NCBI GenBank assembly: GCA_963747235.1
Contig: CAVVEU010000013.1
Coordinates: 96,001 to 160,000, forward strand
From: an uncultured Candidatus Rokubacteria bacterium
Lineage (GTDB): Bacteria > Methylomirabilota > Methylomirabilia > Rokubacteriales > CSP1-6
DNA length: 64,000 nucleotides
Direction: 5' to 3'
The notes under the pieces are model-generated. The model had not been told where the DNA came from, ran no database searches, and was given only the letters and a program-made list of their open reading frames with translations. The position numbers and the translations under genes were made by a program. How positions within the stretch are numbered: position 1 is the stretch's first letter; every line of letters starts with the position of its first letter. This document shows, in pieces, positions 21,200 through 31,116 of this stretch.

Positions 21200-21463
21200 T
21201 CAGAGGTAGGGCGAGCCGAGGCAGGGCTTGACGTTCCGGCAGGCGGCGCACCGGAACGCGGCCCGGGATTCCATGGGGACGCCGGGTGTCGCGTAGACCC
21301 GGTCCATCGCCCGGGTGATCTCGGCCGGGCGCCATCCCGGGTGCAGGCTCTCGAGGGTCATCGCGACGAGGCAGGGCAGGCAGACGAAGGTGTTCCGGTA
21401 CTTGACGCTGCGGAGAATGCGCTGCAGCGAGTGCCGGACGAACTCTTCGGTGGTGTAGGTCAT
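21200..21463 (-). CDS. Small CxxC..CxxC..PC Zn-binding protein, paralog B
   Basis: MTYTTEEFVR..CLPCLVAMTLESLHPGW..CAAC..PCLG. Closest to paralog A. Confidence 0.82.
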   Translation of the reverse strand: MTYTTEEFVRHSLQRILRSVKYRNTFVCLPCLVAMTLESLHPGWRPAEITRAMDRVYATPGVPMESRAAFRCAACRNVKPCLGSPYL

Positions 21464-21548
21464 CCGGACAAAGTATGCGCCACCGCGCGGCGGTGAAGCA
21501 AGCGTCAGGCGAGCGAGGGGGACGATCATGGGGGGCAGAAATCGAGTG

Positions 21549-22022
21549 ATGGCGCGGCGGCACTTCATGGGGAACCGGACCTACAAGGGGCTGACCTATA
21601 CCCTGGAGCTGGAGGCCATCGAGGAGAACGTGTTCAAGGCGCACGCGAGGCTGTCGCCCTCCGGCCCGGAGGTCTCCATCGTGCACGAGACCTCGGACAC
21701 CGCGCTCAAGCAGGCCGAGGCCGGGATCCGGCAGGTGATCGAGCAGCGCGAGGCGGGCACCGTCGTGCGCGAGCGTCTGCCCGAGCGCACGTACGGAGAC
21801 GTCAAGTACACGATCATCGTGCGGACCGAAGCGACGCGCGTGGTGGCCGAGCTCTACTTCATCCGCGCCAACGCGCAGCCGCGCCGCCCGGGCCCCGGCA
21901 CCTTCTTCGCCCTCTTCGAGGGCAAGACCAAGCAGGGCGCCATCGGACAGGCGGAGCGGGGACTCAAGGCCAAGCTCGACAAGGAGCGTACGGGCACCAC
22001 GGCGGCGCGCTCCAGCCGGTAG
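21549..22022 (+). CDS. Hypothetical protein with two internal ~65-aa repeats (HicB-N-like beta-beta-beta-alpha, tentative)
   Basis: RTYKGLTYTL..TSDTALKQAEAGIRQVIE versus RTYGDVKYTI..TKQGAIGQAERGLKAKLD. Confidence 0.7.
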   Translation: MARRHFMGNRTYKGLTYTLELEAIEENVFKAHARLSPSGPEVSIVHETSDTALKQAEAGIRQVIEQREAGTVVRERLPERTYGDVKYTIIVRTEATRVVAELYFIRANAQPRRPGPGTFFALFEGKTKQGAIGQAERGLKAKLDKERTGTTAARSSR

Positions 22023-22024
22023 CA

Positions 22025-22312
22025 ATGCCTGAGCCGGGCCTGGGCCTGAGTGCCTTGTGGGAGGAGCGCGACTACAAGGCGTGCGGAGCCTCGATGGAGT
22101 GCCGGGGACGCTTCATCCTCGGGAAGCTGTTCGACCGTGACACGCGGATGCTCAAGGCCGCGTGGCTCGCCGCCTTCGGCACGCGGGTGCTCGGCCCGCC
22201 CGAGATCCGGACCGACGAGATCACGAAGGCCCAGTGGGGGATGATCCTGTCCCACATGGGCGCCAGCCAGGACGAGATCGCCGACGTCCAGACCCGGATG
22301 GGTCGAATCTGA
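22025..22312 (+). CDS. Hypothetical protein (95 aa)
   Basis: Starts 2 nt after the upstream stop, with GC3-rich codon usage. Confidence 0.6.
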   Translation: MPEPGLGLSALWEERDYKACGASMECRGRFILGKLFDRDTRMLKAAWLAAFGTRVLGPPEIRTDEITKAQWGMILSHMGASQDEIADVQTRMGRI

Positions 22313-22542
22313 CGACTCCTTTGAACCTCTGGCCCCTGGCCCGCGACCTACGGGCAGAAGGTCAGGGGCGGCGAGGCCGCCGGAAAGGAGACGGTCTCTC
22401 GGGATGGCGGGACAACATCGTGGCCGTCCCGGCCGGCACTCCGGGCCCCAGGCCGGGCTTGAACGTGGGGTTGGGCACCATCGACGGGCGCAGGGTGAAC
22501 CCCAAGGCCAACGTGCTCCGGTAGCCTCTCGCATCACTTGGC

Positions 22543-22577
22543 GATTCCGGCCGGCGGAGCCTCCGCCGGCCGGAATC
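22543..22577. repeat. Perfect 35-nt palindrome (17-bp arms), terminator- or REP-like hairpin
   Basis: GATTCCGGCCGGCGGAG-C-CTCCGCCGGCCGGAATC. Confidence 0.8.
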
Positions 22578-22630
22578 ATGTTCGCGACCGGTTGACCGCG
22601 GTCGCGGACCACTGCATGATCGGCAGCCAC

Positions 22631-23560
22631 ATGACGGCGGCCGCCAGGGCATCACGACCCGCTCGCTTCCGCGTGCCCGGACGCCTGGGGGCAGGGATGG
22701 TGATCACCGCCGGCCTTCTGCTCGTCCTGGCCGCCACCGCGGGACCATTGCCCGCCCCCGCGGGTGATCCCGGCGCCAAGGTGATGATCCGGCTGCCGGA
22801 CGTCGTACGGGCCCTGGTGCTCGGCCTGCTCGCCCTGTCCGCCGTGATCCTGATCTCGCTGCAGCGGCGCCGCCCGACCGACGACACGCCGGAGCCCTCG
22901 CGGCCGCCTCGGCGCCTGCCTCCGTGGGCGGCCGCGCTCGTCTCGCTCCTCCCGCTCCTGCTGGTGGTGATGGCCTGGTATCTCGTGTCGCGCTACTGGT
23001 CCGGCGGCGGCGGCCAGCCGATCGAGCAGGCCTTCGCCGCCATCGCGGGCCTGCTCGATCTCTTCACGCTGGCCGACAAGCCGCCGACCTCGATTCCGTC
23101 GCTCGACATGGCGATCGCGGTGCTCCTCGTGCTGCTCACGCTCGGGATCTTCGCGCTGATGGTCCTGGTCGCGCTGGCCGACCGGCTGGAGGCGTGGTGG
23201 GCCGAGCGCGGGAGCACCGTCCGCGCGCCCGCCATGCCCGAGGCACTCGCCGCCATCCAGGCCGATCTGCGGACCGACCCCGACGCGCGGCGCGCCATCA
23301 TCCGCGCGTACGGCCGCTTCGAGCGCGCCCTCGCGGGCGCCCGCGCCCCGCGGGCGGTGTGGCAGACGCCGGCCGAGTTCATGCGGGCCACGCTCGCCCG
23401 CCTCCCGGTGGCGGCCGCGCCGGTCCGTCGCCTCACCGCGCTCTTCGAGATCGCGCGGTTCAGCGCGCATCCCCTGGGGGTGGAGGCGCGCGACACGGCG
23501 TGTGATTGCCTGGACCAGATCGGCGCCGCGCTGGAGGAGGACGCGACCCGTGCGCGCTGA
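22631..23560 (+). CDS. DUF4129-domain membrane protein (start uncertain)
   Basis: TM helices followed by RRAIIRAYGRFE..R..WQTPAEF..RLTALFEIARFS. Confidence 0.8.
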   Translation: MTAAARASRPARFRVPGRLGAGMVITAGLLLVLAATAGPLPAPAGDPGAKVMIRLPDVVRALVLGLLALSAVILISLQRRRPTDDTPEPSRPPRRLPPWAAALVSLLPLLLVVMAWYLVSRYWSGGGGQPIEQAFAAIAGLLDLFTLADKPPTSIPSLDMAIAVLLVLLTLGIFALMVLVALADRLEAWWAERGSTVRAPAMPEALAAIQADLRTDPDARRAIIRAYGRFERALAGARAPRAVWQTPAEFMRATLARLPVAAAPVRRLTALFEIARFSAHPLGVEARDTACDCLDQIGAALEEDATRAR

Positions 23561-24005
23561 CCGGCTCCTCGCGCCGATCGTCATCCGCTGCGCTCTCCTG
23601 GGAGGCGTCGTGCTCCTCGCGGCGGTGCCGGTGTACGTCTTCGTCGAGGCGCCGTGGCGGACGCTCGTGGCGCGGCTGGCGGTGGCGTTCGTGCTCGGCG
23701 TCGCGCTCCTGCAGCTCCGCGGCGCGGTCGCGGCGCGGCTCGCGCGCGCGGGGGGCTCGCCGCTCGAGCAGGAGCTCGGGCGGCCCGGGACTCCGCCCGC
23801 GCGTCCCGCTCCGCTTCGAGGAGCTGATCGACGACGTGCGCGCGACGCGCCGCAGCCGGGGCCACTTCGAGCGGATCATGTGGCCGCGGCTGGTCGCGCT
23901 CGCGGCGCGCCCGCTCGTCCGCCCGCCCGCCCGGCTCGGCCGCGGACCCAGCCTGGGCGACCTCCGGCGCGTGATCGCGGAGATCGAGCGCGGGGAGGGC
24001 GGGCG

Positions 24006-24009
<4 letters not shown>
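23550..24009 (+). CDS. Hypothetical membrane protein of the MoxR operon (frameshift at ~23795)
   Basis: GGAGG + GTG, two TM helices, continues in another frame as RFEELIDDV..GPSLGDLRRVIAEIE. Confidence 0.65.
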
Positions 24010-24958
<949 letters not shown>

Positions 24959-24962
<4 letters not shown>

Positions 24963-26236
24963 TCTGGCGGCCCACCGCGCTGAACGTCTCCTTCCTGACC
25001 GTGGTCGGCTGGGCGCTCTTCCTGGCCGTGTTCACGGGCCGCGTCGAGCTCGCGGTGGTCGCGATCCCCGCCGTCGTCGCCCTCGTGGCCGGCCGGCGGG
25101 TCGGGGCGCCGCCCGCCTGCCGGATCCGTCGCGAGCTGTCGAGCCGTCGCCTGCTCGAGGACGAGCGCGTGACCGTCACCGTCACGCTCCACGCGGACGG
25201 GCCGCTGCCCCTGGTGGAGCTGCTCGAGCCGCTGCCGCCCCGGGTCGGCCTCGAGCGCGGGAGCGACCACGCCTTCTTCACGCTGCGGGCCGGTCAGGAG
25301 ATCGCCTGGACCTTCGAGCTGCGCGGCGTGGGCCGCCAGCACCTGCGCCTGGAGGGGCCGCACGTGCGCGCATGGGGACCGCTCGGGCTCGCCGCCGCGG
25401 AGGCCCAGCATCGCGCGGCCGCGACGGTGGCGGTCTACCCGCGGCATGCCCCGATCCGGTACCTGCCGCACCCGCGGCGCACGCAGACGTTCGTGGGCAA
25501 CTACGTGTCCCCCACGCAGGGCGAAGGCATCGAGCCCGGCGACATCCGGCCCTTCGCGCCCGGCGATCAGGTCCGGCACGTGAACTGGCGCGCCACGCTG
25601 AAGCTCGGCCAGCTCCACGTCACGCGGCACCATCAGGAGCGCAACGCGGACGTGGTCCTCCTGCTCGACACCTTGTCGGACGTGGGCCCGGACGGCTTGA
25701 CGGTCGTGGACGCCGCGGTCCGGGGCGCGGCCGCGCTCGCCGCGGCCTATCTCGCGCGAAAGGATCGCGTCGGCCTGATCGAGTACGGCGGCCAGCCCCG
25801 CTGGGTGAGGCCGGGCGCGGGCCGCGCCCATCTCGAGCGCCTGCTCGATGCGCTGCTGAGCGCGTCGGTCGTCTTCACCTACGTCCATCGCGACCTCGAT
25901 CTGGTGCCGCCGCGCATCCTGCCACCGCAGGCCCTGGTGGTGGCGCTGAGCCCGTTGCTCGACCGGCGCTTCGTGCGGGCCGCGACCGATCTCGCCGCGC
26001 GGGGCTTCGACCTCCTCGTCATCGCGGTCTCGCCGGTGCCGGCGGCCCGGGCCGCGACGCGCCGCTCCGCGGTCGCCGACGTGGCGGCGCGGCTGTGGAC
26101 GCTGGAGCGCCGCGCCGAGCTCGACGAGTACCGGCGCCGCGGGCTCCGCATCGTGGAGTGGGACGGCGCGGGGCCCCTCGACGCGGTGCTGGCCGCCTGG
26201 AGCCGCCGGTCGCGGCGGCGCGTGCTGGCCGGATGA
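24959..26236 (+). CDS. DUF58 domain (vWA-like) protein
   Basis: DIRPFAPGDQVRHVNWRAT, VVLLLDT, DRVGLI, directly after moxR. Confidence 0.9.
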
Positions 26237-26751
26237 TGCGCCTGGCCGCGGTCGTGCTCCTCGCGGTCCTGGTCGCGCTCCCGCTCGGGGTGCGGCCGTC
26301 CACGCCGCCCGTCACCTGGCTCGCGACGGCCGCGCTCGTGGTGGGCGGCATCGGGGTGATCGCGTGGTCCGTGCCGCTCGTGACCGCGGCCGGCTCGCTG
26401 GTGGTGATCGCCTACGCGCTCGCGCTCGTGGTCGCCGCGCCCGCCGCCGAGTCCCTCACCGCGATCGCGCTGGGCGCGACGCTCGTGCTCCTGCTCGCGC
26501 TCGTCCACTTCGGGGGTCGCGTCCGCGGGGCCATGCTCGGCCCCTCGGTGATCGCGGTGCAGGCGCGCCAGTGGCTGGCGGTGGTGGGGCTCGGAGTCGC
26601 CGCGGCGGTCGGGCTCACCGCGGTGGCGGCGCCGCTCGGCGTCGCGCTCCGGGGCGCCACGCTCCCGGTGGTGGCGGTCGCGGCGGCGCTGGGCGCCGTC
26701 CTGACCGTGGCGGGCGTCATCGTCCTGATGGCGCGAGAAGGAGACCCCTGA
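26233..26751 (+). CDS. Hydrophobic membrane protein
   Basis: ATGA coupling and about 5-6 TM segments. Confidence 0.7.
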   Translation: MMRLAAVVLLAVLVALPLGVRPSTPPVTWLATAALVVGGIGVIAWSVPLVTAAGSLVVIAYALALVVAAPAAESLTAIALGATLVLLLALVHFGGRVRGAMLGPSVIAVQARQWLAVVGLGVAAAVGLTAVAAPLGVALRGATLPVVAVAAALGAVLTVAGVIVLMAREGDP

Positions 26752-26765
26752 TCATGGAGGCGGGC

Positions 26766-27503
26766 ATGCAGACGGCGACGCGAAGGCGGTTCATCGAGAT
26801 GGTCGTTGGCGGGGCCTGGGGCTGGGTCGGGCTGACCGCTGGCGCCGGTGTCCGGACCGCGGCCGGCGCGACCGAGAAGCGATTCGAGGGCTGCTTCCTG
26901 CGCGCGGTGCCGCCGGGAGAGTTCCTGGAGGGCATCACGCTCCTGCCCTCCTCGAACGACAAGGAGGCCGATCAGGTCTGCCGGACGGCCGAGAGCGACC
27001 TTCGGCGCGTGTTCGGCGTCTCGCCCGAGCTGGGGTTCTTCGACGATGGCTCGGAGCCGAACGCGTTCGCCACGCCGCTGCGTCGGCGAGGGGCCGTCGG
27101 CACCGACGGTACCGTGCTGCTCGGGCTCCGGCTCGTCGCCACGACGGCGCGCCGCAACGAGCTCAACCGGCGCTGGAAGCAGCGGCTCACCGCGATCGTG
27201 GCCCACGAGTGGGCGCACATCGTCCAGTACTCCAGGCAGTATCGCGCCGCGTCCTACAAGGCGGCCGAGCTCCACGCCGACTATCTCGCGGGCTGGTTCC
27301 TGGGCCGGACGACGCCAGCGACGGGAGGGCAGGCGGCGAAGGACGAGGCCATGTACCGATTCTTCTTCCTGGGCGATACCGAGTACACGAACCCCACCCA
27401 CCACGGCACGCCCATGGAACGGGTGAGCGCGATCACGAGCGGCTTCGAGCTCGCCGCGACGGTGGACAAGCTGGACGTCGCCTTCAACGCCCGGCGCTTC
27501 TAG
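26766..27503 (+). CDS. Tat-exported neutral zinc metallopeptidase (YpfJ-like)
   Basis: TRRRFIE twin-arginine motif, NAFA, HEWAH (HExxH), ELHADYLAG, HGTPMER. Confidence 0.8.
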   Translation: MQTATRRRFIEMVVGGAWGWVGLTAGAGVRTAAGATEKRFEGCFLRAVPPGEFLEGITLLPSSNDKEADQVCRTAESDLRRVFGVSPELGFFDDGSEPNAFATPLRRRGAVGTDGTVLLGLRLVATTARRNELNRRWKQRLTAIVAHEWAHIVQYSRQYRAASYKAAELHADYLAGWFLGRTTPATGGQAAKDEAMYRFFFLGDTEYTNPTHHGTPMERVSAITSGFELAATVDKLDVAFNARRF

Positions 27504-27504
27504 C

Positions 27505-28905
27505 TCACGCCGGCTCCGGCGGCCGCCGCGTCTTCCAGTCGGTGGCCTCCTCGTAGGCCTGGCCGATCCGGAGCGCCATCGCCTCGTCGCCCGCGTGCGC
27601 CACGATCTGCAGTGAGGTCGGCAGGCCGCCCGCGGTGAAGCCGTTCGGCACCGCGAGGCCGCAGAGGCCGAGGTAGTTCACCGGCCGCGTGAAGTGGGCC
27701 GCGGTGCCGGCCTGATCCGCCTGCTCGATCGGGATGGGCGGGGTCAGCGCGGTCGGGGTGAGGAGCGCGTCCACCTGAGCCAGCGCGGCCGCCACCTCGC
27801 GGCTCCGCTCCTCGCGCTCGGCCAGCGCGAGCAGGTAGTCGCGCGCGGAGACGCCGCGGCCGATCTGGATGCGCGGCCGCACGTGTGGATCCACCGGCTG
27901 CTTCTCGTCGTCCACCAGGTGCCCGACGAAGCGGTAGCCCTCGGCGCCGATGATGCGGCCGGTGGCCGCCGCGTAGTCGCTGAAGCGGTGGGGGAGCTTG
28001 ACGCGCTCGATGCGCGCGCCGAGCGTGGCGAGGGTCTCCACCGAGGCGTCGTAGGCCGCGAGCACTTCCTTGTCCACGCCCACGCGCTCGACGTCCGGCA
28101 TCACCGCGATCCGGAGGCCGGCGGCGCCGCGGCGCAGGGTCGGCATCGGATCGTCGGGGGCCCAGGCCAGCGTCTGCCGATCGCGGGGATCCGGCCCGTT
28201 GAGCAGCCGGTAGATCAGGGCGGCGTCCTCGACCGAGCGCGCCAGCGGGCCCGGGGTGTCGAGCGTGAACGAGAGCGGCAGCACGCCGAAGGTGCTGATG
28301 CGCCCCGCCGTCACCTTCAGGCCCACGATGCCGCACCATCCGGCGGGCAGGCGCACCGAGCCGCCGGTGTCGGTGCCGATCGCGACGGGCGCGAGCCCCG
28401 CGCTCACCGAGACGCCGGAGCCGCTGGAGGAGCCGCCCGGCGTGCGGTGCACCTTCGGATCCCACGGGTTCCGGGGCGTGCCCATGTGGGTGTTGGTGCC
28501 CCAGCTCCCCATCGCGAACTCGACGGTGTGGGTCTTGCCGAGGACGATCATGCCCGCCGCGATGGCCCGCTCCGCCAGCGTGGCGGTGACCGGCGAGACG
28601 CGCGCGGCCCAGACCTTCGAGCCGCCGGTGGTGACGCGGCCCTCGAGGTCCACGAGATCCTTGAGCGCGATCGGCACGCCGTGGAGCGGCCCGATGCGGT
28701 GGCCGGAGCGGATCGCCCGGTCGGCGCCCTCGGCGGCCATGCGCGCCTCGTCGGCGTAGACCGTGACGAAGGCGTGCAGGCGGTCGTCGTGGCGGCGGAT
28801 GCGGTCGAGCAGCGCGCCGACCGCGTCCACGGGAGTCAGCGTGCGCGCGCCGAAGGCCTGCGAGAGCTGGGCGACGCCGGCCCATACCGGATCGATGCTG
28901 GTCAT
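27505..28905 (-). CDS. Amidase signature family enzyme (GatA/AtzE-like)
   Basis: GVPIALKD, GGSSSGS, GTDTGGSVRLPA. Has its own GGAGG SD before ATG 28905. Confidence 0.92.
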   Translation of the reverse strand: MTSIDPVWAGVAQLSQAFGARTLTPVDAVGALLDRIRRHDDRLHAFVTVYADEARMAAEGADRAIRSGHRIGPLHGVPIALKDLVDLEGRVTTGGSKVWAARVSPVTATLAERAIAAGMIVLGKTHTVEFAMGSWGTNTHMGTPRNPWDPKVHRTPGGSSSGSGVSVSAGLAPVAIGTDTGGSVRLPAGWCGIVGLKVTAGRISTFGVLPLSFTLDTPGPLARSVEDAALIYRLLNGPDPRDRQTLAWAPDDPMPTLRRGAAGLRIAVMPDVERVGVDKEVLAAYDASVETLATLGARIERVKLPHRFSDYAAATGRIIGAEGYRFVGHLVDDEKQPVDPHVRPRIQIGRGVSARDYLLALAEREERSREVAAALAQVDALLTPTALTPPIPIEQADQAGTAAHFTRPVNYLGLCGLAVPNGFTAGGLPTSLQIVAHAGDEAMALRIGQAYEEATDWKTRRPPEPA

Positions 28906-30147
28906 GCCGGAGAGTCCTCCGTACTGGTTGGCGTGCTGGGTTGGCCCGCGCTTGTCCGAGACGATCCGCCCGTCCTTGAAGACGAGCAGCAGCCGGCGCA
29001 GGTTGGTGATGTTCTCGAGCGGATCGGCGGCCACCACGATGAGGTCGGCGAGCTTCCCGGGCTCGATGGTGCCGAGCTCGTCGCCGACCCCGCACAGCTC
29101 CGCGGCGTGGCGGGTGGCGGCCAGCAGCGCCTGCCACGGCGTGGCCCCGGCGGCCACCCAGAGGCCCAGCTCGAGCAGGGCGGCGTCCTTGAGCGGGCGG
29201 ATGTCGGAGCCGAGGGCCATGCGCACGCCGGCGGCGAGGGCCTGGCGGAAGGCCTCGCGGTGCGGCTCGGCGGCCGCGTCCGCGCGATGGCAGAGATCGG
29301 AGGCGAGGTTGCGCTCCTCCACCCAGCGCTTCTCCCACGGATCGCGCGCCTGGTCCGGCGTCAGATGGGTGATGGCGAGCGTCGGCACGTACCAGGTGCG
29401 GTTCACGCGCAGGCTCTCGATGGCCGGCGCGTCCATGATGTAGCCGTGCTCCACGCTGTGGGCGCCCAGCCGCGCCGCGGCCTGGACGGTCTCCGGGCTG
29501 GCCGCGTGCGCCATCACGCGGAAGCCGCGCTGGCGGCAGATCGCGAAGGCGGCCTCGAGCTCGTCGTCGAGCAGGAACGCCTGCGAGTGGCGATCCCACG
29601 CGGGCCCCATGATGCCGCCGGTGAGATTCAGCTTGATGTGGTCGACGCCGTTCTTGATCTGCTCGCGGATGGCGCGGACGAAGCCGTAGGGCCCGTCGCA
29701 CTCCCGCGCGTGCCCGGAGGTGAGGAAGTGGCCGCCGGTCGTGGTGAGGAAGTACCCGGCCGCGAACACCCGCGGGCCCACGTATTGCCCGGCCTCGAAG
29801 GCCCGCTTCCAGGCCACGTCCATGAAGTGCGCCGCGCCCGCGCAGCGCACGCCGACCACGCCGCTCTCGGTCAGCGCCTGCATCAGCCGGTGGCCGAAGA
29901 TGGCGGTCTGCTCGGCGACGGAGGCGCCGGTGGCGGCGAGGTAGTCGGGGTGGATGTGGACGTCCCAGAGGCCGGGCAGGAGGTAGGCGCCCCCGAGGTC
30001 GATCACGTGGGCGTCGCGCGTGTCGGGGGAGCGGCCGGCGCCCAGGATCTCCACGATGCGCCCGCGCTCGATGGTGACGCTGGCCCCGGGAACGGGGCGG
30101 GGGCTGACGCAGTCGATCACCGTCGCGTTCGCGAGCACGGTTCGCAT
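28902..30147 (-). CDS. Metal-dependent amidohydrolase (prolidase-like), appears fused to the amidase probably through an indel
   Basis: LPGLWDVHIH, HIKL, MAHA, VEHG, ALGSD, GKLADLIVV. Confidence 0.88.
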
Positions 30148-30237
30148 CGCGCCCGATCCTGCCAGAGCGTGGGGAGCAGGTCAAACCGGGCTCGGCGGGC
30201 ACTTGACGGCCGCGAGGAAACTGGCCATGGTGCGGGA

Positions 30238-31116
30238 ATGCCGAGGCCGGCCGGCGTGCCCGTGTCCCTCGTCAGCGTTCGCACGCGCGACGGTGTCGTC
30301 CTGGACGGCGCGGCCGCCCACCCGCCCGGGCGCCGGGGGACCGCGCTCATCTGGGTGCATGGCCTCGGCTCGACGTTCTCCTCGGGGCAGCCGCTGATCC
30401 GGGCGCTGTCGGCGCGCCTCAACGCCGCGGGCCTCGGCTACCTCAAGCTCAACACGCGCGGCCACGGCGTGGTCACGCGTGCCGGCACGCGGCTCGCGGG
30501 CGCGGCGTTCGAGGATTTCGGCGAGAGCGTCCACGACGTCCGGGCCGCGATCGGGCTCGCGATGGCGAGTGGCTACCGTCGCGTGATCCTGGCCGGGCAT
30601 TCCACGGGCGCCAACAAGGTGCTCCACTACATGGCGCGGACCCGCGATCGGCGCGTCGCCGGGCTGGTCCTCCTCGGGCCCGTCTCCGATATCGCGGGCG
30701 AGCGGAAGCGGATCGGCCGCCGCGCGCTCGCCCGGCGTGTCGTCGCCGCGGGGCGGATGGCGCGGCGGGATCCGGGGGCGCTCATCCCGCGCGCCTGGGG
30801 CTTCCGCAGCGCCGCGCGCTTCGTCAGCCTGTTCCGCCCGGGCGAGGCGGAGGACGTCTTCCAGTACTACCGGCCGGATGGCGACTGGCGGGCGCTCGGA
30901 CGGATCCGGGTGCCGACCGCGGTGATCGTCGGCGGCCGGGACGAGTATCTGGACCGGCGCGCGGCGGAGCTGGTGGCCGCGTTCGAGCGGCACGCCACCG
31001 GGACGCGGGCGTTCACCGGCATCATCGTGCCCCGGGCCGGGCACGGCTTCCGCGGCCACGAGGACGTCCTCGCGCGCGAGCTCGTGCGCTGGATCCGGCG
31101 GAACGGGTCGCGCTAG
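30238..31116 (+). CDS. Alpha/beta hydrolase (DUF1749-like)
   Basis: VHGLGS, GHSTG nucleophile elbow, D..H (AGHGF). Leaderless promoter TTGACG-17-CATGGT. Confidence 0.85.
   Translation: MPRPAGVPVSLVSVRTRDGVVLDGAAAHPPGRRGTALIWVHGLGSTFSSGQPLIRALSARLNAAGLGYLKLNTRGHGVVTRAGTRLAGAAFEDFGESVHDVRAAIGLAMASGYRRVILAGHSTGANKVLHYMARTRDRRVAGLVLLGPVSDIAGERKRIGRRALARRVVAAGRMARRDPGALIPRAWGFRSAARFVSLFRPGEAEDVFQYYRPDGDWRALGRIRVPTAVIVGGRDEYLDRRAAELVAAFERHATGTRAFTGIIVPRAGHGFRGHEDVLARELVRWIRRNGSR

Noticed and set aside
5796-22577. Prophage, plasmid or ICE origin of the small-gene region
   Set aside because: No integrase, transposase, relaxase, phage structural gene, tRNA or att pair was recognised, and the coding regions look as GC-rich as the rest of the window.
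27505-30147. 880-aa amidohydrolase-amidase fusion
   Set aside because: The amidase has its own GGAGG SD and an ATGA junction at 28902-28905. One indel in the linker would restore standard coupling, and indels are frequent here. Confirm with reads.
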